Shown here in pieces: positions 49,158 to 58,143 of a stretch of DNA of 64,000 nt. Numbering within the stretch: the stretch's first letter is position 1; every line of letters starts with the position of its first letter. Made by a program: the position numbers and the translations under genes. Source of the stretch: Spirochaetia bacterium. GTDB lineage: Bacteria > Spirochaetota > Spirochaetia > SZUA-6 > Bin103. A model generated the notes under the pieces. The model was not told where the DNA came from. It made no database searches and saw only the letters and a list, made by a program, of their open reading frames with translations. The stretch covers positions 1,600,001-1,664,000 of the forward strand of contig OZ241863.1 of assembly GCA_965203055.1 (NCBI GenBank), given 5' to 3'.

Positions 49158-52082
49158 TTGCGCACTGAACCGCGGCGCGACCCTCCCCAGCGGAGGAAGC
49201 TGATCGAGGTGGCGCTGCCGCTTGATGCCATCAACGCGGCCGCGGCGCGCGAGAAGTCGATCCGTCACGGCCATCCCAGCACCCTGCATCTGTGGTGGGC
49301 GCGGCGCCCGCTGGCGGCCGCCCGCGCCGTCATCTTCGCGCAACTCGTCGACGATCCCTCCAGCCGACCGGAACTCTTCCCGACCGAGGAAGCGCAGGAC
49401 CGGGAGCGGCAGCGGCTGTTCGACCTGATCGAAAAGCTGGTCAAGTGGGAGAACACCACCAACGAGAAGGTGCTGCAGCAGGCGCGCGACGAGATCCGCG
49501 CGTGCTGGCGGCGCTCCTGCGCCGACCACGCCGATCATCCGCGCGCGGCCGAGTTGTTCGACCCGGAGCGCCTGCCGGCGTTTCACGATCCGTTCGCCGG
49601 CGGCGGCGCGCTGCCGCTGGAAGCGCAGCGGCTCGGCCTGGAAGCGCACGCCAGCGACCTCAACCCGGTGGCGGTGCTGATCAACAAGGCGATGATCGAG
49701 CTGCCGCCAAAGTTTGCCGGACGCCCGCCGGTACACCCGGAAGCGCGGTCGGAAGGCGAGCTGTTGGGCGCCAAGTGGACCGGGGCGCGCGGCTTGGCGG
49801 AGGACGTACGCTGCTATGGGCGCTGGATGCGGGAGGAGGCGGAGCGGCGCATCGGCCATCTCTATCCCAAGGTCGCGGTGACCGAAGAAATGGTGCGGGA
49901 GCGCCCCGATCTGTTGCCCTACGCCGGGCGGGAGCTGACGGTGATTGCGTGGCTGTGGGCGCGCACGGTGAAGAGCTCGAACCCGGCGTTCGGGCAGATG
50001 GAGGTGCCGCTGGTCTCCACCTTCATGCTGTCCACCAAGCAGGGCAAGGAAGCGTACGTCGAGCCGGTGATCGGCGCGGACGGTTACCGCTACCGCTTCA
50101 CGGTCAAGGTCGGCGCGCCGCCCGACGCGGCCGCGGCCAAGGCCGGCACCAAGCTGTCACGCGGCGCGTTTCGGTGCCTGCTATCCGACGTACCGATCAC
50201 GTACTCCTACATCGACGCGGAAGCCAACGCCGGGCGCATGGGTGCGCGCTTGATGGCGATCGTGGCTCAGGGTGATCGGACCCGACTGTACCTGTCTCCC
50301 ACGGAGGCGGCTGCCGCCGTGGCCGCGCGCCCGAAGCCGGAGTGGCAGCCGGATGTTCCGAGCCGGGGAACGTGGGCCAGCAACGCGCAAGGCCGCCGCT
50401 ACGGGTTCCGCACGTTCGGAGACTATTTCACGCCCCGGCAGCTCGCCGCCCTGAACACGTTTTCCGACCTGGTAGTCGAGACGCGCGACCGCGTCCGGCA
50501 GGACGCCATCGCCGCCGGCATGGCCGACGACGGCCGTCCCCTTCACGCCGGCGGGGCGGGAGCCACCGCATACGCCGATGAGGCCGCGGTGTATCTGGCT
50601 TTCATGCTGGATAAGTGCGCCGACTATTGGTCGAGCATCTGTAGTTGGAATGCGCCCAGAGAGATAGTTCGCAACACGTTCAGCAGACAGGCAATTCCCA
50701 TGATGTGGGACTTCGCGGAGACCAATCCGCTATCTGATTCGTCGGGTAACTGGATGGCGATGGTCGACTGGACCTGGAAGGCCATCGCCGCGTTACCGGC
50801 GGTCGGAAGGGGCAGCGCAATACAGGCAGACGCTCGATCTCCTGCTCAAACGGGTCTCCGCCTTGCGTCCACCGATCCGCCCTACTACGACAACATCGGC
50901 TACGCTGACCTCTCCGACTTTTTCTACGTCTGGCTGCGGCGCTCGCTGCGATCGACCTTCCCTGACCTGTTCGCCACGATGATGGTCCCGAAGGCGGAGG
51001 AGCTGGTCGCCACCGCCCATCGGCACGGCTCCAGGGCGCAGGCCGAAGCGTTCTTCATGAACGGCATGACGCAGGCGCTGGAGCGGCTGGCCCGGCAGGC
51101 GCACCCTGGCTTCCCGACGACGATCTATTACGCGTTCAAGCAGGCGGAGAGCCGCGACGATCGCGGCGTCTCCAGCACCGGCTGGGAGAAGTTTCTGGAA
51201 GCGTTGATCGACGCCGGGTTCGCGGTCAACGGCACTTGGCCGATGCGCACCGAACGCGGCAATCGGATGATCGGCATAGGATCGAACGCGCTCGCCTCCA
51301 GTATCGTTCTGGTCTGTCGCCGGAGACCCGCCGATGCTCCGCTCGCCGCGCGCCGGGACCTCATGGCCGCCCTGAAGGCCGAACTCCCGACGGCGCTGGC
51401 TCGTCTGCAGCGCTCCAATATCGCTCCCGTCGACCTCGCGCAGGCCGCCATCGGCCCCGGCATGGCGATCTTCACCCGCTACGCCAAGGTGTTGCACGGT
51501 GCCGGCAACCGCGTCACCGTGGGCGAGGCGCTCGCCCTCATCAATCAGACGCTCGATGAGATCCTGGCCGCGCAGGAAGGAGACTTCGACACCGATAGCC
51601 GCTGGGCGTTGGCGTGGTTCGACCAGCACGGCTTCGAGGCCGGCGAGTATGGCAGCGCGGAGACCCTGGCCACGGCCAAGAACACCAGCGTGAGCGGCAT
51701 GGTGCACGCGGGCATCATCCACTCGCAGGCCGGGAAGGTGCGGCTGCTGCGCCCGCTGGAATTGCCCGCCGACTGGGACCCGGCGGCAGACGACCGGCTC
51801 ACGACCTGGGAGGCGGCGCACCATCTGATCCGCGTCGTGTGGCACGGCGGAGAGATGGCCGCGGCCGCCCTGCTGCGCCGGCTCGGCGGCGTTGCCGACC
51901 TCGCCCGCGAGCTGTGCTACCGGCTGTACGTGGTAAGCGAACGCCGGAAGCGCCCAGCCGAGGCGCTGGCCTACGACGGGTTGGTGAAGAGCTGGCCGGA
52001 AATCAGAAGGCTCTCCATGAGGGAGGCGCAACCGCGGCAGATCGAGTTCGACGACGCTCCCGCGGAGGCCGCAGCCCCATGA
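49158..52082 (+). CDS. DUF1156-domain adenine-specific DNA methyltransferase
   Basis: KLIEVALPL..REKSIRHGHPSTLHLWWARRPLA, DPFAGGG, SDLNPVA, TDPPYYDNI.YADLSDFF, NALASSIVLVCR. Confidence 0.93.
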   Translation: MRTEPRRDPPQRRKLIEVALPLDAINAAAAREKSIRHGHPSTLHLWWARRPLAAARAVIFAQLVDDPSSRPELFPTEEAQDRERQRLFDLIEKLVKWENTTNEKVLQQARDEIRACWRRSCADHADHPRAAELFDPERLPAFHDPFAGGGALPLEAQRLGLEAHASDLNPVAVLINKAMIELPPKFAGRPPVHPEARSEGELLGAKWTGARGLAEDVRCYGRWMREEAERRIGHLYPKVAVTEEMVRERPDLLPYAGRELTVIAWLWARTVKSSNPAFGQMEVPLVSTFMLSTKQGKEAYVEPVIGADGYRYRFTVKVGAPPDAAAAKAGTKLSRGAFRCLLSDVPITYSYIDAEANAGRMGARLMAIVAQGDRTRLYLSPTEAAAAVAARPKPEWQPDVPSRGTWASNAQGRRYGFRTFGDYFTPRQLAALNTFSDLVVETRDRVRQDAIAAGMADDGRPLHAGGAGATAYADEAAVYLAFMLDKCADYWSSICSWNAPREIVRNTFSRQAIPMMWDFAETNPLSDSSGNWMAMVDWTWKAIAALPAVGRGSAIQADARSPAQTGLRLASTDPPYYDNIGYADLSDFFYVWLRRSLRSTFPDLFATMMVPKAEELVATAHRHGSRAQAEAFFMNGMTQALERLARQAHPGFPTTIYYAFKQAESRDDRGVSSTGWEKFLEALIDAGFAVNGTWPMRTERGNRMIGIGSNALASSIVLVCRRRPADAPLAARRDLMAALKAELPTALARLQRSNIAPVDLAQAAIGPGMAIFTRYAKVLHGAGNRVTVGEALALINQTLDEILAAQEGDFDTDSRWALAWFDQHGFEAGEYGSAETLATAKNTSVSGMVHAGIIHSQAGKVRLLRPLELPADWDPAADDRLTTWEAAHHLIRVVWHGGEMAAAALLRRLGGVADLARELCYRLYVVSERRKRPAEALAYDGLVKSWPEIRRLSMREAQPRQIEFDDAPAEAAAP

Positions 52083-52104
52083 GCGGCCCATATACGGTAC
52101 TGAA

Positions 52105-53658
52105 ATGCCTCTGATCGACCGGGAACTTCGTGACGTGCGGGACGCGTTGCGGGCCAACAACCGCGACCGTGAAGATGCTCTGTTGGAAGTGCGCATCAGA
52201 AGACTCCGCAGTATCGAAGAGCTGCGGGTTTCCTTCGAATATCCGGTGTCGGTACTGGCCGGCCCCAACGCAAGCGGGAAGTCTACGGTGTTGTTCGCCT
52301 GCGCCTGCGCCTATCAGGTTCCCGGAGCGCGCGGGTTCGCGCCCGGCCGGCTGTTTCCCAACTTCAGCAGCCGCCGGCAGAATACGATGGCGGATACCAC
52401 GCAACGCTCCGAACTTGAGTTTCATTATCTGGACCAAGGCGAGCGCCGGTCCATGGTATGGCGCCGAAGCAGGGCCTGGAGCCGCCGCTTCGCGGGCGGT
52501 TCCGGGGCCGGCCAGCCGGCCCGGGAGGTGTACCTGCGCACGCTTGCCAACCTCACCAACCCGTCTGAAGTACGCAGTATTCTGCGCCTTGGCGGAAAGC
52601 CGATCCGTACTGACACCGTCAGCCCCGAATTGCTCGTGTTCGCGCACCGCATCCTTCCGTGGCGCTATCGCAAACTGGCCGTCATCAGTGGCCCGCCAAC
52701 GAAAGACCTGCTGCTCGCGAAGCTGGACGACGCTGCAGGGACCGGCTACTCCGAGTTTCACATGTCCTCCGGCGAACGCAGCATCCTCAGAATTTCGAAG
52801 GACGTTTCCCAGCTCGAAAACGCCTTGGTCCTGATCGACGAGGTGGACACCGGTCTGCACCCCTATACCCAACAGCAGACGATGCTCGAATTGCAGCGCG
52901 CCGCGCTGCGGCAGAACCTGCAAGTGATCGTTGCCTCGCACAGCCCGGTGGTCCTGGGCAGCGTACCCCCGGATGCCCGCATATTCCTGGACCGGGACCA
53001 GGTGACCGGCCACGTTCATGCCGTTCCCCTCTACCGCGACATCTTTCAGAAGGCGCTGTACGGGCAATCACGGGACCGGCTTTCCATCCTCTGCGAGGAT
53101 GCCGTCGCCGAAGGAGTGATCCGCGGAGTGCTGGACGTGCTCAACGTGAAGCTGGGATTCCGTCACGAGGACGTGGTGATCGGCAGGAATACCGGCCGCA
53201 ACGAGTTCGCCGGCCACGTGCGGGCGTTGGGCAAGTTCGGCAAGCTCGGGGACTTCCTCCTGGTACTGGACGGCGACTCGCGCGACTTGGAACCGACCCT
53301 GCAGGCGACCGCCCGGGAGTATGGCCACTACGTGCGGCCGCTGTTTCTTCCCGGCAGCGCGCCGCCCGAGCAGTGGCTATGGGATGCCATCCGCCGGCGG
53401 CCGGACGACTACGCGGCCAGGCTCGGCCTGAGTGCGGACGACCTGCAACGTACGATGAGCGGCCTCGAGCGGCTCGCGTCGGGAGCAGTACGTGATCGTG
53501 ACGCCGCCAAGGCCGCCATGGGAACATTCGCCGACCAACTCGACCGCACCGTTCCCGACCTTGCCCGGATCGTCGGCAATCGCGAAGCGGAGGCCAACGC
53601 CATACCCGAGCTGATGGCCGCCCTGACCGAGCAGATCAACGCCTGGCGCCGCTTGTAG
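52105..53658 (+). CDS. ABC-type (AAA_15/AAA_21) ATPase fused to TOPRIM-like domain (OLD/PARIS-like nuclease)
   Basis: GPNASGKST, MSSGE, LIDEVDTGLHP, ASHS; then ILCEDAVA and LVLDGD (TOPRIM E and DxD). Confidence 0.8.
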   Translation: MPLIDRELRDVRDALRANNRDREDALLEVRIRRLRSIEELRVSFEYPVSVLAGPNASGKSTVLFACACAYQVPGARGFAPGRLFPNFSSRRQNTMADTTQRSELEFHYLDQGERRSMVWRRSRAWSRRFAGGSGAGQPAREVYLRTLANLTNPSEVRSILRLGGKPIRTDTVSPELLVFAHRILPWRYRKLAVISGPPTKDLLLAKLDDAAGTGYSEFHMSSGERSILRISKDVSQLENALVLIDEVDTGLHPYTQQQTMLELQRAALRQNLQVIVASHSPVVLGSVPPDARIFLDRDQVTGHVHAVPLYRDIFQKALYGQSRDRLSILCEDAVAEGVIRGVLDVLNVKLGFRHEDVVIGRNTGRNEFAGHVRALGKFGKLGDFLLVLDGDSRDLEPTLQATAREYGHYVRPLFLPGSAPPEQWLWDAIRRRPDDYAARLGLSADDLQRTMSGLERLASGAVRDRDAAKAAMGTFADQLDRTVPDLARIVGNREAEANAIPELMAALTEQINAWRRL

Positions 53659-53688
53659 CCTCCGGTAGCCCCAGTAGCCGGAGTCTCG

Positions 53689-55164
53689 CTACAGGTTGAG
53701 GCGTTGGTACTGGCAGTCGGGGGCTTCCGCGGCGGTCAGGCGGTCGCGCAGGAGGTTGGACAGACGTTGCTCCAGGGCCGGGTCGCGCAGCGGGCGCTGC
53801 TGGCCGGGATCGGTATCGCCATCGAACAGCAGGTTGAAGTCCGGGGCGTCGAGCGCCCTCTCCGACGGCTGGCGCCAGCGTAGCTGCGGGTAGCCGCGGT
53901 CGCTGGCATATTTCAGAAAGAAGCCGTACTCCACGTCGAGCCTGGGCAGCGCCAGGAAGTCCTGACTGCCGCGCGGCATCATGGTGTGGTGATGGGCCCA
54001 ACTCCCCGGCTGCGCCTGCCGGAAGTAGCGGTAGCGGCCGTCGGTGACGCACACCTCCTTGGCGAAGCCGCCGTACAACACCGCCGCGTGATGCGCCTCG
54101 TCGGCGGCCAGCAGATGCCGCAGCGAGCGCCCCTGCACGTGGTCCGGCACCGGCGCCCCGTGCAGCTCCAGGAAGGTCGGCATCAGGTCGATGGTGGTGG
54201 TCAGCGCGCGCTGCGCGCGGCGGCCGCCGGCGCCGCCCGGGACGCATACGATGAGCGGGATGTGGGCCAGCTCGTCATACAGCGCCATCTGCATCTTGCC
54301 CCAGTAGCCGCGCTCGCCGACGAAGTGGCCGTGGTCGGTGGTCAGTACCACCGCGGTGTCGTCCCACATCCGGTAGCGATCCAGCTTGTCGAGCAGTTTG
54401 CCGAGCCAGTGATCGGCCATGGTCAGGGCGCCGCCGTAGCAGGCGCGGACGTGCCGCACCGTTTCCGCGTCGTCCAGTTCGGGATCGAGGCGCCCGTACA
54501 GCGGCCACGTGAAGTGGTAGCGGTCCCACCGATCGCCGTACCGCTCCCGGTAGTGAGCCGGGCAATCGAACGGCTCATGCGGATCGAACACCTCCAGGTG
54601 GAGATGCCAGTCCTGCGCCGCGTGGTTGCGCTCGATGAAGTCCAGGGCGCGGGCGAAGCACTGCGGCGTGGAGTAGTCCTCGTCACGCTCCGGCGGCGCG
54701 TAGGTCTGATTGCGCCAGTAGCCCCAGCGGCAGGGCCCCTCCAGGCCGCGCGCCCCTTCCGGCTTGGGCGGCTCCTCCACCAGCGGGCGCCAGACGTCGC
54801 CCTCCTGACCGCGCAGGAACTCCCAGGAGCTGTAGATCGTGTGGTAGCCCTCGCCGCCGGAATGGAAGTAGTGATAGTGATCGGTGATCATGTGGCTGTA
54901 CACGCCGCGCCGCTCGCGCAGCATCGCCGGCAGGCATTCATCCCATGGCTGCACCGGACTCCACGGCGTCTCCAGGAAGTTCACGCGTCCGGTGAGCATT
55001 TCGCGGCGCGCCGGCATGCAGGGCAGGGAGCCGGCGAAGTGGTTGTCGAACACCGTGCCGCGCTGCGCCAGCCGGTCGATGTTGGGCGTGATGGCGAACT
55101 CGCCGCCGTAGCAGGGCAGGTAGTGGCGGTTCAGCGAGTCCATGATGATGAAGATGGTTCTCAC
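53689..55164 (-). CDS. Cys-type sulfatase, cytoplasmic
   Basis: IFIIMDSL, TPNIDRLA, CMPAR..LTGR, FDPHEPF, TTDHG. Start re-set to GTG 55164. No signal peptide. Confidence 0.92.
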   Translation of the reverse strand: MRTIFIIMDSLNRHYLPCYGGEFAITPNIDRLAQRGTVFDNHFAGSLPCMPARREMLTGRVNFLETPWSPVQPWDECLPAMLRERRGVYSHMITDHYHYFHSGGEGYHTIYSSWEFLRGQEGDVWRPLVEEPPKPEGARGLEGPCRWGYWRNQTYAPPERDEDYSTPQCFARALDFIERNHAAQDWHLHLEVFDPHEPFDCPAHYRERYGDRWDRYHFTWPLYGRLDPELDDAETVRHVRACYGGALTMADHWLGKLLDKLDRYRMWDDTAVVLTTDHGHFVGERGYWGKMQMALYDELAHIPLIVCVPGGAGGRRAQRALTTTIDLMPTFLELHGAPVPDHVQGRSLRHLLAADEAHHAAVLYGGFAKEVCVTDGRYRYFRQAQPGSWAHHHTMMPRGSQDFLALPRLDVEYGFFLKYASDRGYPQLRWRQPSERALDAPDFNLLFDGDTDPGQQRPLRDPALEQRLSNLLRDRLTAAEAPDCQYQRLNL

Positions 55165-55183
55165 GTGCGATGATGGTTGTATC

Positions 55184-56377
55184 ATGAGTCACGTCGAGAT
55201 CAAGTATCAGCCGGAGCGCTCCGTCACCTTCCTGGGCAGCCCGAGCCTCGCGCGGGCGCCGGACGGCGCCCTGCTCGCCACCCACGATTACTTCGGTACC
55301 GGCTGCCCGCGCAACCACGCCGGCGAGCAGAGCCTCACCAGCGTCTACCGGTCGGAGGACGAAGGGGCGACCTGGAGCAACGTGACCCATATCATGAACG
55401 CGTTCTGGAGCACGCTGTTCGTGCACCGCGACGCGGTCTACCTGCTGGGCACGTCGCAGCAGTATGGCTCGATCGTGATCCGGCGCAGCGACGACGGCGG
55501 ATTCCGGTGGACTCACCCGGAGGATGCGGGGAGCGGGCTCCTGTTTCGCGGCGGAGCGTCCGGCGCGGCGCCCAACTACCACTGCGCGCCGGTAGCCGTG
55601 CTGATCCATGAGGGCCGCATCTACAAGGCGTTCGAGGACTGCGACCCGCTGCAGTGGGGCACCGGCTTTCAGGCCTGCGTGATTTCGGCCCCGGAGGATG
55701 CCGATCTGCTGCGCGCCGACAGTTGGCGCATGAGCAACAAGCTGCCGTTCCGCGCGGAATGGATTCCGCCGGCGTGGGGGCCGGTGACCATTCCGGGCTG
55801 GCGCGAGGGCAACGTGGTCGCCGACCCCTCCGGTACGCTGTGGGACGTGCTGGCCTTCGAAGCGCGGCCCCGGACGCAGGACACCGCCGCCATGGTGAAG
55901 ATCGAAGATCAGGGCCGGCGCCTCAGCTTCGAGCCGCGCGCCGGCCGCGCCGCTCCCGGCGGCTTCGTCCCGTTCCCCGGCGCCAAGGCGAAGTTCACCC
56001 TGCGCCGCGATCCGGTGTCGGGCGCCTACCTCACCCTCGCCAACGTGGTGCCGGACCCCGACTGGCTGCTGGCGCACTGGCGCGCCTCGCCGGCGCAGAG
56101 CGGGGTGCGCGCGCACCCGCGCCAGCGCAACGTCATGGCGCTGTGCGCCTCGGACGATCTGCTCCGGTGGCGCGCCGTCAAGACCCTGCTGGCCGACGAC
56201 AGCGGGCTGGCGCCGGAGGACTCGGTGCGGCTGACCGGCTACCAGTACGTGGACTGGCAGTTCGACGGCGGCGATCTGATCTACGTGGTGCGCGCCGCCG
56301 CCCGCGGGGCGCGCAACTTTCACGACTCCAACCGCATCCTGTTTGGCCGCGAACGCGGCTTCCGTTCCCTGCTGTAG
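55184..56377 (+). CDS. BNR/Asp-box beta-propeller, sialidase-like glycosidase
   Basis: GSPSL, SEDEGATWS, SDDGGFRW, REGNVV, YQYVDWQFDG, NFHDSN. Start ATG 55184. Confidence 0.8.
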   Translation: MSHVEIKYQPERSVTFLGSPSLARAPDGALLATHDYFGTGCPRNHAGEQSLTSVYRSEDEGATWSNVTHIMNAFWSTLFVHRDAVYLLGTSQQYGSIVIRRSDDGGFRWTHPEDAGSGLLFRGGASGAAPNYHCAPVAVLIHEGRIYKAFEDCDPLQWGTGFQACVISAPEDADLLRADSWRMSNKLPFRAEWIPPAWGPVTIPGWREGNVVADPSGTLWDVLAFEARPRTQDTAAMVKIEDQGRRLSFEPRAGRAAPGGFVPFPGAKAKFTLRRDPVSGAYLTLANVVPDPDWLLAHWRASPAQSGVRAHPRQRNVMALCASDDLLRWRAVKTLLADDSGLAPEDSVRLTGYQYVDWQFDGGDLIYVVRAAARGARNFHDSNRILFGRERGFRSLL

Positions 56378-56379
56378 CT

Positions 56380-58116
56380 TCAGCCGGCTTGGCGCGGGCG
56401 CGCGCGGCGCGCCGCGGCGGCGATCGCGTCCAGCTTCTCGGTGACCTCGGCGTCGATGGCATCGGCTGCCAGGAACCCGGCCAAGTGGTGATAGTCGGTC
56501 TTGCGCATCAGATTGGGTGAGTCCGCGGCGGCGTAGAAGCGCGCGAACAGCGGGTCCAGGAATTCGTCGCTGGCCTTGACCTCCGGCCCCCAGGGTGACG
56601 CCGCGCCCAGCGTCCGCAGCGCCTGCTCGATCGCGGCGATGCACTCCTGCATCCGCTCCCGGCGCTCCGCGCCGAACAGCTCGCCTTGCAGGCGCCGGCC
56701 CTCCGCTTCCGCGAAGTCCAGCAGCACCTCGCGCCGGCAGAGGTAGTTCTCCAGCTCGCGCCGCCGCCAGGTGAGATGCAGCAGGTGCGGGTCATCCGCC
56801 GGCGGCGGCGACCGCAGCCGATCGTAGACCGCCACCCCCACCAGGTCCGGCTTGGCCTCGCGCAGGCCGTGAAAGTGGTCGCTCGCCCGCCGCGGCCGGT
56901 TGGCGACGTAGTGGACGTAGGGCGCTTCCAGCAGCTCCGCCGCCGGATGCCGCAGGCGGCGGGCGAGCGCCAGCAGTATCGCCAGGTCGGTCGATCCCTC
57001 CAGGTACAGGACCCATCCCTTCTCTTCCGCCTGCAGGTAGTGCTCGAAGCCGATCTCGCGGAGCGCCTTCGCCGCCTGGCTGCCGCGGCGGTCGATGCGG
57101 TGCGGCGCGCCGACGAAGGCGATCAGCACGTCCCGGCCGGCGGCTTCGTTGAGCACCACCTCGGAGTGGCTGGCAGCGATGATCTGGCTGCCGGTCTCCT
57201 GCGCGGTCTCGCTCAGCAGTTGATAGGTCTGGCGCTGGCGGATCACTTCGAGGTGGGCGTCCGGTTCGTCGAGCAGCAGCACCGAGCCGGGATTGGCGGT
57301 CATGTGAGCGAGCAACAGGAGGGTCTGCTGCTCGCCGCGGCCGCTGGCCGACAGGTCGAGGCGCACCCCGGCTCGGGTACGGTAGGACATCGTGATCTCG
57401 CCGCGCTCGGGCAGATAGCGCGGCGGATCGAGACGGCTGCCGAACAGTCGTTCGAGGCGGTCGCACAGCCGCTGCCACTTGTCCTCCCCGCCCGCGCCCT
57501 CGACGATCTGGTGGCAGAGATTGCGCAACACCTCGGCGGTCCGCCCCTCGCCGATGCGGACGTTGATCGCGCCGGGGTCGAGGCGCGTCTCGTTGGCGGC
57601 GAGTCCCGACATCGGCGGCAGGTAGGCGACGCGCACGCCGCGCGCGGCCGCCGGCACCGGCTGGCGGCCGCCATCCTCCCGGAGCCGCGGCCGGCAGTAG
57701 AACGTCTCTTCATTGGCGTAGTCGAACTCCAGGCCGCAGGTCCACCGCTGCGGGGTATCGGCGGCGCCCGCGGCGCCATCGACGACGATTTCGATCAGTA
57801 CGTTGTCGGTTCGGGTCTTGCCGTTCTCGCGGCGGCCGACCCGCAGGCGCAGGCCGCGCCACAGCAGGTTGGCGGTGGGCACCGGCAGGGCGATGAGATC
57901 GCGGTGGTTGATCGTTACCCCGGGACGCTTCGACGGCCCGACGCCGGCGCCGCGCTTCTCGAGCCAGCGCGCGCGGCCGAGGTCCCACAATGCGAGCGCC
58001 TGCAGGGCGGTGGTCTTGCCGGCGTTGTTGGGGCCAATGAACACCACCTGCTGGCCGAGCTCCAGGTCGACCTCCTCGAACAGCTTGAAGTTTCGTATCC
58101 GAAGCCGGGTCAGCAT
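56380..58116 (-). CDS. ABC-type ATPase + TOPRIM (OLD-family / PARIS-fusion-like) protein
   Basis: IRNFKLF, GPNNAGKTT, SGRGEQQ, LLLDEPDAHL, ASHS; then YLEGSTD, VYDR, RRELENYL. Confidence 0.85.
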   Translation of the reverse strand: MLTRLRIRNFKLFEEVDLELGQQVVFIGPNNAGKTTALQALALWDLGRARWLEKRGAGVGPSKRPGVTINHRDLIALPVPTANLLWRGLRLRVGRRENGKTRTDNVLIEIVVDGAAGAADTPQRWTCGLEFDYANEETFYCRPRLREDGGRQPVPAAARGVRVAYLPPMSGLAANETRLDPGAINVRIGEGRTAEVLRNLCHQIVEGAGGEDKWQRLCDRLERLFGSRLDPPRYLPERGEITMSYRTRAGVRLDLSASGRGEQQTLLLLAHMTANPGSVLLLDEPDAHLEVIRQRQTYQLLSETAQETGSQIIAASHSEVVLNEAAGRDVLIAFVGAPHRIDRRGSQAAKALREIGFEHYLQAEEKGWVLYLEGSTDLAILLALARRLRHPAAELLEAPYVHYVANRPRRASDHFHGLREAKPDLVGVAVYDRLRSPPPADDPHLLHLTWRRRELENYLCRREVLLDFAEAEGRRLQGELFGAERRERMQECIAAIEQALRTLGAASPWGPEVKASDEFLDPLFARFYAAADSPNLMRKTDYHHLAGFLAADAIDAEVTEKLDAIAAAARRARPRQAG

Positions 58117-58143
58117 ACGGTCCTGCCTGCAGCGCGGTTCGGT

